Below, one piece after another: positions 13,861 through 27,699 of a DNA stretch of 64,000 nucleotides. Source of the stretch: Octopus sinensis (taxonomy: Eukaryota); assembly GCF_006345805.1 (NCBI RefSeq), contig NC_042997.1:24800001-24864000 (forward strand), read 5' to 3'. The translations under genes and the position numbers were made by a program. Under the pieces are notes generated by a model. It saw nothing but the letters and a program-made list of their open reading frames with translations. It was not told the DNA's origin and ran no database searches. The number at the start of each line of letters is the position of its first letter. Position 1 is the first letter of the stretch.

Positions 13861-14032
13861 TGTTTCTGGAATTTTCTACCCCAGACAACCTCAGTCTTTT
13901 TTTAATAGATGATAGCTTGTGATTTTCAGGAAAATTTGACTTCTGTTTCTGGTTCGTAGATTCATTTGTCAAATGTGGTACAAATGTATTTTGGAAACGC
14001 ACAAAACTTCCTGGTGGACTACCGCGTTAGTA

Positions 14033-14340
14033 TTAGGTTGTCCTGAAAGTTCGTGCCGATTTATAGTAGCTTACATTCGACTTATTTTAGAACATGGTTG
14101 AGTCCATAAAAAAGGATTTGACTGTACCTCCACTTAGAGCACATTTTAAGCTATCTTTTCGTGGAAAAACAGCTAAAGAGTTGAAGGACTTCATTTGACT
14201 TGGGTCCGCTGGGGTATTTGTGAGTGACCTCATAAGTGATTCAGAAACGATGCATATATATGGAGAGAGAACTGAGGAAATTTTCGTTGTGAAACTTAAG
14301 TTACATTCTTTTTTCCTTCAGGATAATCAAACATTCAGAA
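14033..14340 (+). mobile_element. Mariner-like fragment
   Basis: Starts TATTAGGTTGTCCTGAAAGTTCGTGCCG, a mariner-type TIR. Confidence 0.5.
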
Positions 14341-14362
14341 TAACATCCGGTACACGAGTGTA

Positions 14363-14536
14363 CGAGGGGGTGCTGAAAAGTTCCTAGTTTTAAGGGTATC
14401 ACGAAAGGGTATCAGAATGTTGGAGACCCAACATTCTGAGTTCTTTTACAGGGCTTAGAAAACTGGAGGACCGTTGCAATGAGTGTGTGACTCTGAGAGG
14501 GAATATGTTGAATAAAACCCTTTCAGCACTTTCTCG
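14363..14536 (+). mobile_element. Mariner deletion-derivative MITE
   Basis: TIRs CGAGGGGGTGCTGAAAAG / CTTTCAGCACTTTCTCG with TA flanks. Retains the mariner C-terminus GLRKLEDRCNECVTLRGEYVE*. Confidence 0.75.
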
Positions 14537-14605
14537 TATAACATAGAAAATATGTGTATACCAGATTATTCTGGTTTTAGCTAGTCTTGAACCAGAGACT
14601 GTATT

Positions 14606-15022
14606 ACTCTTTTACACTTTTGTTTCAGTCATTTGACTGCGGCTATGCTGGAGCACCGCCTTTAGTCGAGCAAATCGACCCCGGGACTTATTCTTTGTAA
14701 GCCCAGTACTTATTCTATCGGTCTCTTTTGCCGAACCGCTAAGTGACGGGGACGTAAACACACCAGCATCGGTTGTCAAGCAATGCTAGGGGACAAACAC
14801 AGACACACACAAACACACACACACACAAATATATATATGCATATATATATATATATATACGACGAGCTTCTTTCAGTTTCCGTCTACCAAATCCACTCAC
14901 AAGGCATTGGTCGGCCCGGGGCTATAGCAGAAGACACTTGCCCAAGATGCCACGCAGTGGGACTGAACCCGGAACCATGTGGTTGGTTAGCAAGCTACTT
15001 ACCACACAGCCACTCCTGCGCC
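14606..15022 (-). mobile_element. SINE family B
   Basis: Full reverse copy. Confidence 0.88.
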
Positions 15023-15624
15023 TGTATGTTTCATTGCAATAATATTTTTTAAAAATGTATCACTTACGAAGGTGTTTTACCATTGAATCAATCTATCCAG
15101 AGTATTGGACCAACACTTCTAAACGATCATTCTAAATACACAAAACAAAAAACAAGAACAAAACAAAACGAAAAGTACCGACGAAGATTGTTTACCAACC
15201 GAGTTGGTCGAGTGACACACACGTACAAACTCACGCATACACATACGTACACACGAATACACACTCACACATACAGACACACATGTTTATCCTTGAATAG
15301 TCTTTTTTTTTTTTTTGAAGTTGTTGATCTTTTTGTAAGAGGCTCTCTTGACGCTTTTTTTTTCATTCCTCGTTCATCGATCGCTTATCATAATATTCTA
15401 AAGAGATATGAATTATTTAGGAATTATGCTCCTGTATGCTTTAAGAGAGATCAATAGTTAAGAGGCTTGTTTAGTTATTTATATGTTTATATGTTTATTC
15501 ACATATTTATTTCAACATGAACTTTCATATATTATTTTATTTGCCTTTGTATTTGTTCATCTCTAGCACCATACTGATAAAGGGTTGATGTACCATCATG
15601 AAGGAGGCTATTTTGCTATATATA

Positions 15625-15665
<41 letters not shown>

Positions 15666-15671
15666 ATATAT

Positions 15672-15702
<31 letters not shown>

Positions 15703-15706
15703 CTAT

Positions 15707-15752
<46 letters not shown>

Positions 15753-16234
15753 TATATGTAATTTAGAAACAGAAATAAAATAGAGAAAAAAAACGTACGT
15801 ACCTACACAGTAGGGAAAAAATAATAAGAGCAAAGAAAAAAAATCTTTTCATGATGTAAATGGGCCGAATAAATCGACCCATGTCAGAAAGAAAGATATT
15901 GCCCCCGGATGGTTGAGTTGCTTCAGTAAACACAATATATATATAAATGCTAAAAAAATAAATAAAATATATATATGTGGGAAAAAGAAAACAAACAACA
16001 TAATGTCAGATGCTCACTAAATATAATGGACAATGCTGTGTACTCAGGGTGAAAAAGAGGGGAAAAAAATCAGTTATAGTAATAAGGGAAAGAATAAAAA
16101 CGAAACAGCATATATCATGGCTGCTTTGTCCTTCTGATGGAGTAATATCTTCTAGTGACGAAAAGATTGCTAGTATATTCCTAAGTTTCTCCGTATTACA
16201 TGTCTGCCTGTGTGTCTGCAGTACATATATATAT

Positions 16235-16290
<56 letters not shown>

Positions 16291-16310
16291 ATATATATAG
16301 TATAATATAT

Positions 16311-16354
<44 letters not shown>

Positions 16355-16526
16355 TATGTATATATATATATATGTGGTGTGGTGTGTATTTATATATATG
16401 TATATGTATATATACGTGTGTGTGTATTTATATATGTATATATATGAATAGGCATATGTGTACGTACAAATGTACATGTATTTATATACAGGCATCTATA
16501 TATTCAAAGAATTGTACATGCATTCT

Positions 16527-16560
<34 letters not shown>

Positions 16561-16679
16561 AACACACACACACACATATATATATGAGTGCATATTTATG
16601 TATATATGTATGAATGTATATACATATGTGTGTATGTATGTATGCTTCTATGTATATTTTATCTATCTCCCCTATCTCC

Positions 16680-16712
<33 letters not shown>

Positions 16713-16718
16713 TATATG

Positions 16719-16770
<52 letters not shown>

Positions 16771-17149
16771 TATATATATGTATGTCATTATGACACTCAC
16801 ACACGCAGATAAAAAAGTTGGAGGAGGAACAATTGGGAGAGACAAAGAGCGTGCTTCGTTTCCGTTTCCTTTTTTATATTTTTACATAAATCTAGAGAAC
16901 CATCTGGATCAATATGACAGTTCTAAACTGTATGATATTGAGTTGAGATTCGTGCCTTGAGAAGATGTGAACACATAGACACAAGGCAAAAATATACACA
17001 CAGGGAAACATATACAGAGAAACAGAGGGACACGCATGTAATTCATCTAAATTGATAACTGTCTATAGACATTACACCTATATATATACGTAGCTAAGCT
17101 TGTGCGTGTCTATATTGTATTTGTGCATACGTACACATGCACACATACA

Positions 17150-17487
17150 TACAAACATACATACATACATAAATACATATATATATATAGTATATATATA
17201 TGTATATATATGTATATATATATATATACATACATATATATATATATTGTAAACACACACACACATATATATATATATTATATATGTATATATATACATA
17301 TATACATATACATAAACATATATATATATATATTTGTAAACACACACACACATATATATATATGTATATATATGTATATATATACATATATATACATATA
17401 TATACACATATATATATGTATATATATGTGTGTTGTGTGTGTGTATATATATATATATACATACATATATATATACATACGTATATA

Positions 17488-17531
<44 letters not shown>

Positions 17532-17540
17532 CACGCATAA
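17150..17540. repeat. Compound (TA)n/(CA)n low-complexity array
   Basis: Seen directly. Similar arrays at 2.2-2.6, 15.6, 16.2-16.8, 52.2-52.7, 60.1-60.4, 61.8-62.0 and 63.4-63.5 kb. Confidence 0.95.
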
Positions 17541-17729
17541 ATATGTAAGTTTGTGTGTACGTGTATATATCTGTATGTGCTTGTGTGTTTCTGTGTGTGT
17601 CTGTGCGCGTTTGTGTGCGTGTGTGTGTGTGTGTACACAAGCGTGCACACTATAGCATATATACGTATGCATATATATTTATGTGCGATTATCTATGTAT
17701 GAATATGATTAGTTCTGGCCGGCAATCGT

Positions 17730-18210
17730 TATATAGCTTGACCCGGAGGTTTGCAATCTATAATCTGTCAAAGTCTTTTCTAATATCAAGTTCTATAGCA
17801 TTGATTTCTTTCAAAAGAGGAAGTTGACAGTGGATCTCATTGTCGGATGCCCTTCGGTAGAGATGTAATGGCTGCTTTAAGAAAGACGAGAATTTGTTGA
17901 AATCAGCGGTTGTCGTATTTAAAGCTATGTTGGTGATGGCGGTAGTTATGATAGCGGTTCAGATGATAATAGTTATGACCTGCAAAAATAAAACGAGTGA
18001 CGTGATGTGGTAGAGGGCATGAGATTATATATATGTGTTGAGACATGAGTTTAGATTTGAAGATGCTGGTTTGGCATTTATAGTGCTGATTAAACAGAGC
18101 TATCCGTTTTTGGTGATACTGAGAATTTGTTCGGAAGCGTTTGGCAAAATACCAGAAAGTTCAGCTGCAGTTGAATAACGGAGTACAGATATTATTCTTT
18201 GGTGTAAATT
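17730..18210 (-). mobile_element. Degraded RT remnant (Jockey/CR1-like)
   Basis: MRSTVNFL and AIELDIRKDFDRL resemble the RST..L and LDISKAFD motifs. Confidence 0.45.
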
Positions 18211-18239
18211 ATTTTCTTTAGTGTAAATTTTGTTTAGAA

Positions 18240-18327
<88 letters not shown>

Positions 18328-18393
18328 AAGAAGAAGAAGAAGAAGAAGAAAGAAGAAGAAGAAGAAGAAGAAGAAGAAGAAGAAGAAGAAGAA

Positions 18394-18860
18394 GGCAACC
18401 ATACACTGGGATATGCCGATACACACAGATAGAGAAATTAAGTCCAACAGACCAGATATAGTTGTCTGAGATCATGAAGAAAAAAAATGCTTTCTAATTG
18501 ATGTATCAATACCGGCAGATGACAACGTGTCTCTAAAAGAAATGGAGAAACACTCAAAATACAAAGACCTGGAAATAGAGGTAACTAGAATGTGGAATCT
18601 AAAAACAGAAACAATTCTTATCATAGTAGGTGCATTAGGCATGATAAAAAAATATTCAGACAAATACATAACAAAAACACCAGGACTTACAAACACATAT
18701 AACATACAGAAAATTGCACTACTAGGCACTGCACACATCCTACGCAGAACACTTTCCATACAATAACCATCAGAGCATCACAACAAATCACAGCACATAC
18801 CTAAGGCACACAGAGCTGCGCTCGGTAGTGAAGTGAAAGCACGCTATAAAAATAAAACTA

Positions 18861-18863
<3 letters not shown>
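18394..18863 (+). mobile_element. Dong/R4-like 3' fragment, near-identical to the 28.3 kb copy
   Basis: Same endonuclease C-terminus and 3' UTR. Preceded by (TAA)n(GAA)n and followed by (TAA)n. Confidence 0.9.
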
Positions 18864-18949
<86 letters not shown>

Positions 18950-18950
<1 letters not shown>

Positions 18951-19235
18951 GGTACTGAAACCTATTTGAAAATGATACCAGGCTCACCATCCCTACAGAA
19001 AGTGCAAAAAATCGTGTTAACTGGAACGACTCATGTACTGAGAAGAGCATTATCGCTGTGAAAACAACATCCATTCATGAATTTATTTATTCATTAACTT
19101 TTTAAAATACATATTCTCCTTGTGAATTTGCGTGTGTAATCTAGGAAGGCATACAATGAGCTTCTCTGCCCTAGGTGTATGGAAAACACTCGGCGAGAAA
19201 TGGAAGAAAATTTTGAAGAAAGAAGGGGAAAAATA
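18950..19235 (+). mobile_element. R4-like subfamily B 3' end
   Basis: KGTETYLKMIPGSPSLQKVQKIVLTGTTHVLRRALSL* directly after (TAA)n. Confidence 0.75.
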
Positions 19236-19469
19236 GTACTTTCTGCTAAGGGTACAACGTCTGAAATATTGGGGGAGAGGTCTAGTCGATGTAATCAATC
19301 CCAGTGCTCAACTCGTACTTATTTCATCGACTCCAAAAGGAAGAAAGGTATAGTCGATCTCGGCAAAATTTAAACTCCAGAACGTAAAGAGAGACGAAAT
19401 GCCACTAAGTATTTTGCACGGCATACAAGACAATTCTGCCAGCTCGTCGCCTTAATAATAATGATGATG

Positions 19470-19505
<36 letters not shown>

Positions 19506-19531
19506 TAATAATAATAATAACAATAACAATA

Positions 19532-19578
<47 letters not shown>

Positions 19579-19596
19579 AATAATAATGATGATGAC

Positions 19597-19670
<74 letters not shown>

Positions 19671-19701
19671 TAAAAATAATAATAAATATAATAATTATAA
19701 T

Positions 19702-22700
19702 AATGATTTCTTTATTAAGCACAAGAGTTTACATGAAGAAAAACATTATGGACAGCGGATTATGGACAGTGTTTGTGTGTGTAGTTTTGAGGGTTTTGCG
19801 TGTAAACAAGACTAGTAATAAAAAAAAAAGAGATCAACATTGTGTAATCCTCGGTAGGGAGGAGACGTTCGAGGGCTACTCATGGAAAAAAATCTCATAA
19901 AAACCATGGGCATCCTGACTCTTCGGGCCAGTGCCTTTTCCCGTTTCCCTTGCTTTTTCCAACTACAGGCGTATGCTGAGACAGGTCCGTTCACCCGTTC
20001 CATTCTCGCCACTTTCATCTATTTTTCAGTATACGGACAAGAAGACAACACTTCCCTCTCTACCATTATTTTCCTTTTCATGTGAAAAGTTCATCAGGTA
20101 TTGGTCAAAAGGAAATGTGTTAATCTTCAGCCCCTTCATTCTCGTCCACTACATAAACCTCTTTCGCCATGGCACCAAGTATATAAAAACAGCTTTTCCT
20201 TCCCGGTTAAAGGAAGGCAGCGGGGCGATCTTTAGTTGACATTTAGTTGACAACCGGATCCGTCTCACACATAACAGCACGTGATCAGCATAAGCCCACA
20301 GACCATCAATGCACGGGCACTGGACAAGTGCATGCAGGACCTTCTCGTTGTCCTGCGCGCATCTCGGACATGCTCAGGTGACGGCACTACCATGCCTGTA
20401 AAGTTTTTCTCGTACAGGAAAAACTCCCTGGTAGCACTACCAGGCTAGAGAATGTTGGAAATTATCCATCGGTCCGCCCCAAAAGTTCTCCGGAAAAGAG
20501 CGACTAGCTGATCTTCGACGCCCAAGGTCTCCCCAAGAGACTTCGCACTAATCCTCCACTAATCCTCTATATAAAAATAACTAAAGTTGATGTTAACTTA
20601 TCGCACTGTCCGATTGGCTGAGGATTGTGAGCACTTGAAGACATTCCACTTTCCAAATGCTCCCCCTAGGTCTCAGTAAAGAAACTAGCTGCGGGAATAC
20701 GTGTTTGGCGAACAGCGACCATACATGTTCACCGTCAAAGAAGCACTGGAGGTGTCATAGCCTTAGCACATGTCTGCGCATCATCAACCACAACTGACAG
20801 CAGATAGACCGCCTGACTATCGGGACACGTCCCTTCCACAAGAAGCGGAAGAGTACACACTCCAGAGTAATCAGACGGTGACCAGGCACGACAGTCAGGC
20901 GATAGTAGATGAAGGACGCGACATACCCGTTAGCCACCTCTGCCCGACCTTTCAGGGATAGTTTTCTCTCTGCCCATTTCTGGATGAGAATAGTCACCCT
21001 GTTCGTTACGTCGTCCCAGTTGTTGTCTACCTGGAGGTCCGGACCAAACCAGACCCCGAGCAATTTAATCGGTCTGTCCGTCTAGCGCTCAACGACGGAG
21101 TTGAACGGTATGGACTTGCTTCTCCAGGTGCCGAGCCGCAATCCCACTGATTTTTCCTGGTTAATTGTCGTTCCTGAAACTGCCTCGTAGTTCTTGAGAG
21201 CAGTGCCGATCATTTCTATGACCCGCAACCACTACGGTAACGTCGTCGGTATATGCCGACACTCATTTCCCACGTCCTATGTCACGCGGGATGCTTCTCA
21301 GCGTCTCCAGTTTGTGTAGTAGTGACTCGAGAGTCAGTACGTTTAAGAAAGACGAGAGGGAACAACCTTGCCGGGCCGAGCGCATGATCTTGAACGGCTC
21401 TGAGAGGTGACCGTTCAGTCTTACCACTGAACAAATGTCGCTTGCATTACCATGATCCAGCCCAACACAGGCTCGAAACCTGGTGCCCTGAGGACCGCCG
21501 CCAGATATAGATGGTCGACCCTATCGAAAGCGTTAGACTGATCTAAATTGATCAGTGTCCCACTAGTGCCAGGTTTTTAAAGCCATTTTTTCAATGATGT
21601 ATCGCATAAGGTGGAGGTTGTCGTGGGTGGATCTTTTTGGGATGGCACATATCTCTGTCTCCCCTACCAGATCCTCGACGACAACGGCTAACCTAGTAGC
21701 TGATACCTTGGCCAAAATTTTGAATTCTGCATTCAGCAGAGTTATGGGCCTAAAGTTGTCAAAACAATCCCCCTTGTTCGGGTCTTTTCTCAGTAACGCC
21801 ATCGTTCATCGGTTCACAAAACTAAGAATTCTACCATTCTGTCGCCAGTTGTAGTAAACGTTTGCTAAGAGGTCACCAAACAAGTCTGGCATGTAAGCAT
21901 AAAGCTCGTAGGGCAGACCACACAAACCAGGCGATTAACCCCTCGTACAGCTAGCCATTGCTTCCCGTATTTCAAAGGCTGTTATCGGCCATTTGTAGCG
22001 CTCCGCCTCCATCGCCGATAGCCGCGGCAGACCCGTCGGAGTAGGACGTGAGATTCAACCTGCCACCCGGCTCACTGATGCTCCCGAACAGTTGATCGAA
22101 GCGCCGCTGAAAGGCCTCACACATCTGTCCCTTATCAGTTATCATTTGGCCTTCGTGTTTCAGCAAGGATCAGATCGTGGATTTATTATCACGCCGTACC
22201 TCTAACACTCGGGCTCATTGAACTGCTTTCTTTCCTTCGTGTCTAAGTGCTCGTGCCTTAGCTCTAACCACGCACCCTTCGTGTTCCGCGTTGAAGAATT
22301 GTTGAAGAGCCAATCTCGCTGCGAGCACATCGGTTGCGATGCCTTTCATAAAAGCTTCGTCTAACTTCTTGACTAGCTCTGTCTCTACTCTGTTTCGTTC
22401 TACTGCTAGTCCTTTGCTAAACCTTGTCGATACTATTCCTATCGCCCTTTTAAGGGCAAACCACCATTTTATTGTTGATTATTGCCCCCGTCAACGCCCT
22501 CTTAACTAGTTCACTAATCCGGTTTCTGAAATCTTTACGTGCTGGCAACGACCTGTTCAGTTTCCAGTAACCGGGTCCCTGTCTATGAATCCTAAGTCGA
22601 CTGTAGAGATCACGACCATTTTAAACTGTGGACAACCTGTGCTGTCCTTCTCAGCTACTCTACAAAATACCCTATCTAGATACAGTCTGGATGACCCGAT

Positions 22701-23290
22701 ATGGTTTGACCAGGTCCACACTGGCACGTCTGGGAAATCCAATTGATACATGTCAGACAGCTGGAATCGTCTGAGCAGGTTTGCGAGGGTTTTGCATCCC
22801 CCTCTCTTATCTGCTAAACTTACACATTCTCACTTTACAACTGAAACTTCATTCCAGTCGGGGCATAGATGGCAACTAGACTACAAGTATGTCCTTCGCT
22901 GTCTGTCACGTCCAGGACCACCGACTTAACTTCAGGATCCAGGAAGATCGTTCGTATTGCAAGATCCAAATTTTTCAGAACCATCACGGCAACTCCATTT
23001 CCCGCTTCCGGACGATTTGGAGGTGCATACTCTTCATAGTCACGAAAAATAGGTCGGAAATCCCGTGAACCGGAAATTCTGGTTTCGCTAATGGCCACCA
23101 CGTCGACATTCACTTCCCTGAAGTCGTTGAGCAGGTGACCCCGCTTCTAAGGTGACCCCAGGCCAAGTACATTAACGCTGCCTGTTATGTACACGACCGT
23201 GTTGTCAGAAAAAGAGAAGGAAAGAAAGGGAAAACTTACTTGGTCTTGTTTGGTGGGGAGGCTTGGAGTGTTTCCGACAGCAAATCACTA
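19702..23290 (-). mobile_element. Tx1/L1-clade non-LTR retrotransposon, ORF2 pseudogene (APE endonuclease + RT) with 3' UTR
   Basis: APE motifs (VDVVAISETR, AIYAP, RLYLDRVF) at 22.5-23.1 kb. RT motifs NFRPITLLNAEFKILAK (21.7 kb) and LGVWFG...LSLKGRAEVAN (20.8-21.1 kb). Many stops and frameshifts. The 3' end AATAAAGAAATCATT joins an (ATT)n tract. Confidence 0.9.
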
Positions 23291-23451
23291 AGAATCTCCG
23301 ATTTCCCGTGGGAATTTGGATTTTAAGTGTGTGTATATATTTTGTGTTGTTTGAATTATTTGTATGTGTGCAGGTAGGGAGAATGTGGGTGTGACAAAAT
23401 ATTTTGGTGTAATGCTTGTGCGTGTTGTATATTTCATTAATATTTCATAAA

Positions 23452-23682
23452 GGCGGCGAGCTGGCAGAAACATTAGCGCGCCGGGCGAAATGCTTAGCGG
23501 TATTTCGTCTGTCGTTACGTTGTGAGTTCAAATTCCGCCGAGGTCGACTTTGCCTTTCATTCCTTCGGGGTCGATAAATTAAGTACCAGTTACCCACTGG
23601 GGTCGATGTAATCGACTTAATCCCTTTGTCTGACCTTGTTTGTCCCCTCTGTGTTTAGCCCCTTGTGGGTAGTAAAGAAATA
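23452..23682 (+). mobile_element. SINE family A
   Basis: Full copy, with ATATTTCATTAAT repeated on both flanks. Confidence 0.85.
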
Positions 23683-23787
23683 TATATTTCATTAATTCAT
23701 CGTTTTTTGAGTTTATTGTCATGTAGTTCGTAATGTTACTGTCTTTAATTTGTGTTTGTTGTTGTTATTGCAGTTGTTGTTGTTGTG

Positions 23788-24126
23788 GTGGTGTTCAAGG
23801 ACACACTCAAAGCCTTATTGCAGAGTTTCGAGATTAACCCCAACACATGGATACACGAGCGCAAGTCCGTCATGCCTGGCGAAGTTGCCCCGGTAGAAAT
23901 GCCACCGCCTGGGAACAGAATAGGATCAGAGGAGCACGAAGAAAACGCGAACAGCGCAAATCCAAAGCCAAACACCTTGCCTTCCGTCCCTGTATACCAC
24001 GAGTGCCAGAACTGTGGAAGAGCCTTCCAAACACGCATCAGACTGATAGGGCACAGCCAGATGCACCGTGTCTCGTCTTCTCACTGTAATGTCTTTGGTC
24101 ATCGACGACAACGACGGACTAACGAA
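23788..24126 (+). mobile_element. RTE-clade LINE 3' end
   Basis: FKDTLKALLQSFEINPNTW...CQNCGRAFQTRIRLIGHSQMH (C2H2) with an RTE-type tail GTCATCGACGACAACGACGGACTAAC. Confidence 0.8.
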
Positions 24127-25115
24127 TAATTAGCCAATGTCAATGGATTGAGCCAAAATTATATGGTATAAAAATGAATTTTCTTAATATACACGTGAAC
24201 TCACAGACATATACACACACACACGTCCACACGCATTGTTACACACCTTTACATACATTAACATGCACACACACACGTGTGTGCGTGCGTGTTATCGACA
24301 AATAACATTAAACAATTAACCTTATTGAAACATAGACCTTTAGAATAAAGATATGTGCCATTATGTGATTTATTTGAAAATAATGTGAAATTATATCTCC
24401 ATATACATACATAAATACATACATACATTAATACTATGTACGTACATGCATGCATTCATACATACATACGCATACACAACACAACACATACACACACACA
24501 CACTACTTCACAACTAGCACCTGATGAATCGCTTAATTTATGTTTATTGCTGAGCAGTAGTTAACCTATCTGCTCGTAGAGTTATAGTTTGCATATAATT
24601 AAAGTTTAAGGGAAGCAATAACAACATCAACAACCAATAAAAACAAACAACGCAGAGCAAAACAAAATTCCAAACATAAAAACAAACACTACTATATGAA
24701 AATATGTTTAATAGGCGAAATGAAAAATACATTACAAAACCAAAAAAAAATTCTGAAGTTCAAAATTTCAGCAAACACGCATGCAAGTATACACATATAC
24801 ACACGCTCATGCACGCGTACAATATCCAATTAAAATTTTCCGGTAAACAGTTGTTTAAGAGGTAATTTTAAGTTACTTTTAATTAATAATTATATCATTA
24901 TTTAAAAGCCTAGAAGTAAATACTATCAAATTTCTTTCATAGGCACTAAAATTTCGATACGAGAATATTTTTGTTTTTCTCCTGTTTTTTTTTCCTTCGT
25001 GTTGTGTTCCTTCAATTCAAACTCTGTTTTCTGTTTTTGTCTATCTCTAAAATAGTCTGGCATTATGAGTTCGATTGTATTTGCATGAGTCTTCTTTGGC
25101 TTTGTATTAAGAATA

Positions 25116-25628
25116 CTGTAAATCCTCGAGTATAATCCGCATTTTTTTCTCCTAAATTTAAAGGTCAAAATCTCTAGTGCGTACTATATACGAAGTTGAA
25201 AATGAAAATTATTTTCTAAGCAATGTCCGAGTCTCTATTTGCTGTCCGGCAATGTTTATTCAGACGCATTTTGTGATGTCGGGCGCGAAAATACCTTAAG
25301 CTAAGCCCGAAAGCAATAAAGTCATAAAAGAATCATCCATAACTTGCAGTAAGTAACATTTATTAAACGTTATTACTGTTATTTCTTTATTTTCTGCAAA
25401 CAAAATGCACAAAAAAGCTACACGTTTGCATTATGTTATATATACAATAATAATAAAGGACGTTACGGTATGCATATTTACAAACCAAGGACGTTATATA
25501 GACCTCTTTGACTCAAGTTAGAGAAGGGGGGCATATTATACACAAGGTTTAGGTTTTTCATTGGTACAACCCACTAAAAATCCCCTGTGTATTATACTCA
25601 AGGGCGGACTATACTCGAGGATTTACGG
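25116..25628. mobile_element. Tc2/pogo-type MITE
   Basis: TIRs C(T/C)GTAAATCCTCGAGTATA at both ends, with TA duplications at 25114-15 and 25629-30. Confidence 0.8.
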
Positions 25629-25639
25629 TATGTATATAC

Positions 25640-25985
25640 TCTTTTAGTCGAGCAAATCGACCCCAGGACTTATTCTTTGTAAGCCTAGTACTTATTCTAT
25701 CGGTCTCTTTTGGCGAACTGCTAAGTTACGGGGATGTAAACACACCAGCATCGGTTGTCAAGCGATGTTGGGGAGACAAACACAGACACACAAACATATA
25801 CGCACACATACATATATATATATATACGACGGGCTTCTTTCAGTTTCCGTCTACCAAATCCACTCACATGGCTTTGGTTGGCCCTAGGCTAGTGTAGAAG
25901 ACACTTGTCCAAGGTGCCATGCAGTGGGACAGAACCCGGAACCACGTGGTTGGTAAGCAAGCTACTTACCACACAGCCACTTCTA
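25640..25985 (-). mobile_element. SINE family B, 3'-truncated
   Basis: Reverse copy lacking the tail. Confidence 0.8.
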
Positions 25986-26127
25986 CGGCTATAGTTGAAA
26001 TTTATAGAAAAACAAAAGACGAAGACAGGTGTATAAGCAACGAAAAAAAGTATTAGTTTGACGCTCGGGAAAATGCAAAAGTCATTTGCGCTTCGAGCCT
26101 ACGCTCTTCAATAGAAAAGAATAAGAG

Positions 26128-26164
<37 letters not shown>

Positions 26165-26228
26165 AAGAGGGGGAGAGAGAGGGAGAGAGAGAGAGAAAAG
26201 GAAAAATACTTGTTGATTTAGCGGTCAA

Positions 26229-26267
<39 letters not shown>

Positions 26268-26306
26268 AAATGAATGACAGATGGAATATACGAGAAGTTA
26301 TTATTA

Positions 26307-26413
26307 ATCACGACAATTGTTTTGACACATGTAGCATCGATTTCTCTTGGGTTGGGACACTCAACAACTGGTTTAGGAGCATCTGGTGGTGCATATCTAT
26401 CTCGTCGGGTGAT
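26307..26413 (-). ncRNA. Hammerhead-like motif H2 (CCGACGA core, G12A change, long stem II) in a Penelope-like terminal repeat
   Basis: Minus: AUCAC-CCGACGA-[~78 nt stem II]-AAAAC-aauu-GUC|GUGAU. Stem I extends further (UUAUUU/AAUAA region). G12 is mutated, so it is probably inactive. Confidence 0.65.
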
Positions 26414-27030
26414 AAATAAATACAACTCGTTAAAATGACTATTCCGCAATGTTTTGTAGAAAGAAAAGCAGCTAGACGGAGGAAATATCTTTATAGAAGA
26501 TAAAGAATAAAATCACAGGTGACAAAAAGAGAAATGAATATGCAATCCAGCGAGAAAAGTATTAAAAATAACCTTTAACAGGTATGGATGTATAATCGCC
26601 CTCGGGAAAGCTGCATGGCACGAGACACTCGCTCATACAAGCATCCGCAAAATGTGAGCATACGCACAGGTGAGGTTTGGTGCACTCATGATCACAAAGC
26701 GAGTTATTTATCAACTTGGTGTTTATAAGAATGGGGAGCTTAAAAGTAAACTTAAGTCATCCATACCTTAAAGTAAATTAAGTTAACGGTTACTCAAAAT
26801 TCATTCTCACTGCATTGTGCGAAAGTACATTTATATGCGTGTAGAGATCTCGAGAGTCGTTCAGAAATTCTATTAATTATCTTCTCTTTAGTCCACAGAA
26901 TACACAGGGATTTCTCGGAGCAGAGACAGCATCTTCTGGAAATTATGTTGTATGATTTCGCATACTTTACTATGGGCCAATTGATGCGGTACTTCGTTTT
27001 ACCCTCCTTCAGTCGCCATACAAAATCAGA

Positions 27031-27131
27031 CCGATGAGATACATCTGCACCACCAGATGCTCCTGAACCAGTTGTTGAGTGTCCCACCCAAGAGGAATCG
27101 ATGCTAGATGTGTCGAAACAATTGTTGAGAT
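27031..27131 (+). ncRNA. Hammerhead-like motif H3 (inverted copy of H2; GAAAC intact, stem I disrupted)
   Basis: CCGAUGA-GAUACAUCU...AGAUGUGUC-GAAAC-aauu-GUU. The 5' strand of stem I is lost at the inversion junction. Confidence 0.6.
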
Positions 27132-27260
27132 TAATAATAAATTCTCGTATATTCTATCTTCCGTCTTTCATTTGCTGTATACCTACCTAACGACCACTCT
27201 GAAAGTGAATATGCTTTTCCAGTAAGCTACAAAGTGTAAACCATTCGTTTTATTATATAT

Positions 27261-27315
<55 letters not shown>

Positions 27316-27347
27316 AAGGAAAAAAGAAAACGGTTATGGACTTCATT

Positions 27348-27417
27348 AGCTTACAGCTGTTTCCGCTAGGGGAGGCAGTTGAGTGCTTGAATAACACGCA
27401 ACAGCTTCATCGGAGCC
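27348..27417 (-). ncRNA. Type I hammerhead motif H4 (CCGAUGA core, extended stem II)
   Basis: Minus: GGCU-CCGAUGA-a-gcuguugcgug...cacucaacugc...agcg-GAAAC-agcu-GUA|AGCU. Palindromic ACAGCUGU stem III. The stem II closing pair is imperfect. Confidence 0.6.
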
Positions 27418-27699
27418 TCGAATATGATGCGCAATATATTTGGGCAAAATTTGTATATATACACATTTGTGTATATATACAGAGAAATGCATTACTAATG
27501 AGAAAGTCAATACAAATGCATATATATAAAAAAAGTGTATATCCAAAGGGTAAACGCTGTTTAAAAGCTGTCCATAGAATTCGAGTACTTGAAGTCAACA
27601 ACAGTTTGGTATATGCCACGGGATTTACTTCACAATTTCAATGTGTCCAAAACATGTGAGAAACAGAAAAATGGTATTCACGGGACACTTCATTCAGAA

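Larger units (their letters stand above)
26262..27180 (-). mobile_element. Penelope-like retroelement 3' fragment (GIY-YIG C-terminus) with inverted terminal repeat
   Basis: Minus ORF 26794-27087 contains WRLKEGKTKYRINWPIVKYAKSY...RCCLCSEKSLCIL...NRISE...H, typical of the PLE endonuclease C-terminus. 26262-26410 and 27031-27180 are inverted copies of each other. Confidence 0.8.

Noticed and set aside
14270-14310. CTGAGGA...GAAAC-TTAA-GTT
   Set aside because: No stem I or stem II pairing, and it lies in a mariner fragment.
20055-20100. Minus-strand CTGATGA with a CTTTTC/GAAAAG hairpin
   Set aside because: It is within Tx1 coding sequence, stems I and III fail, and homologous copies lack it.
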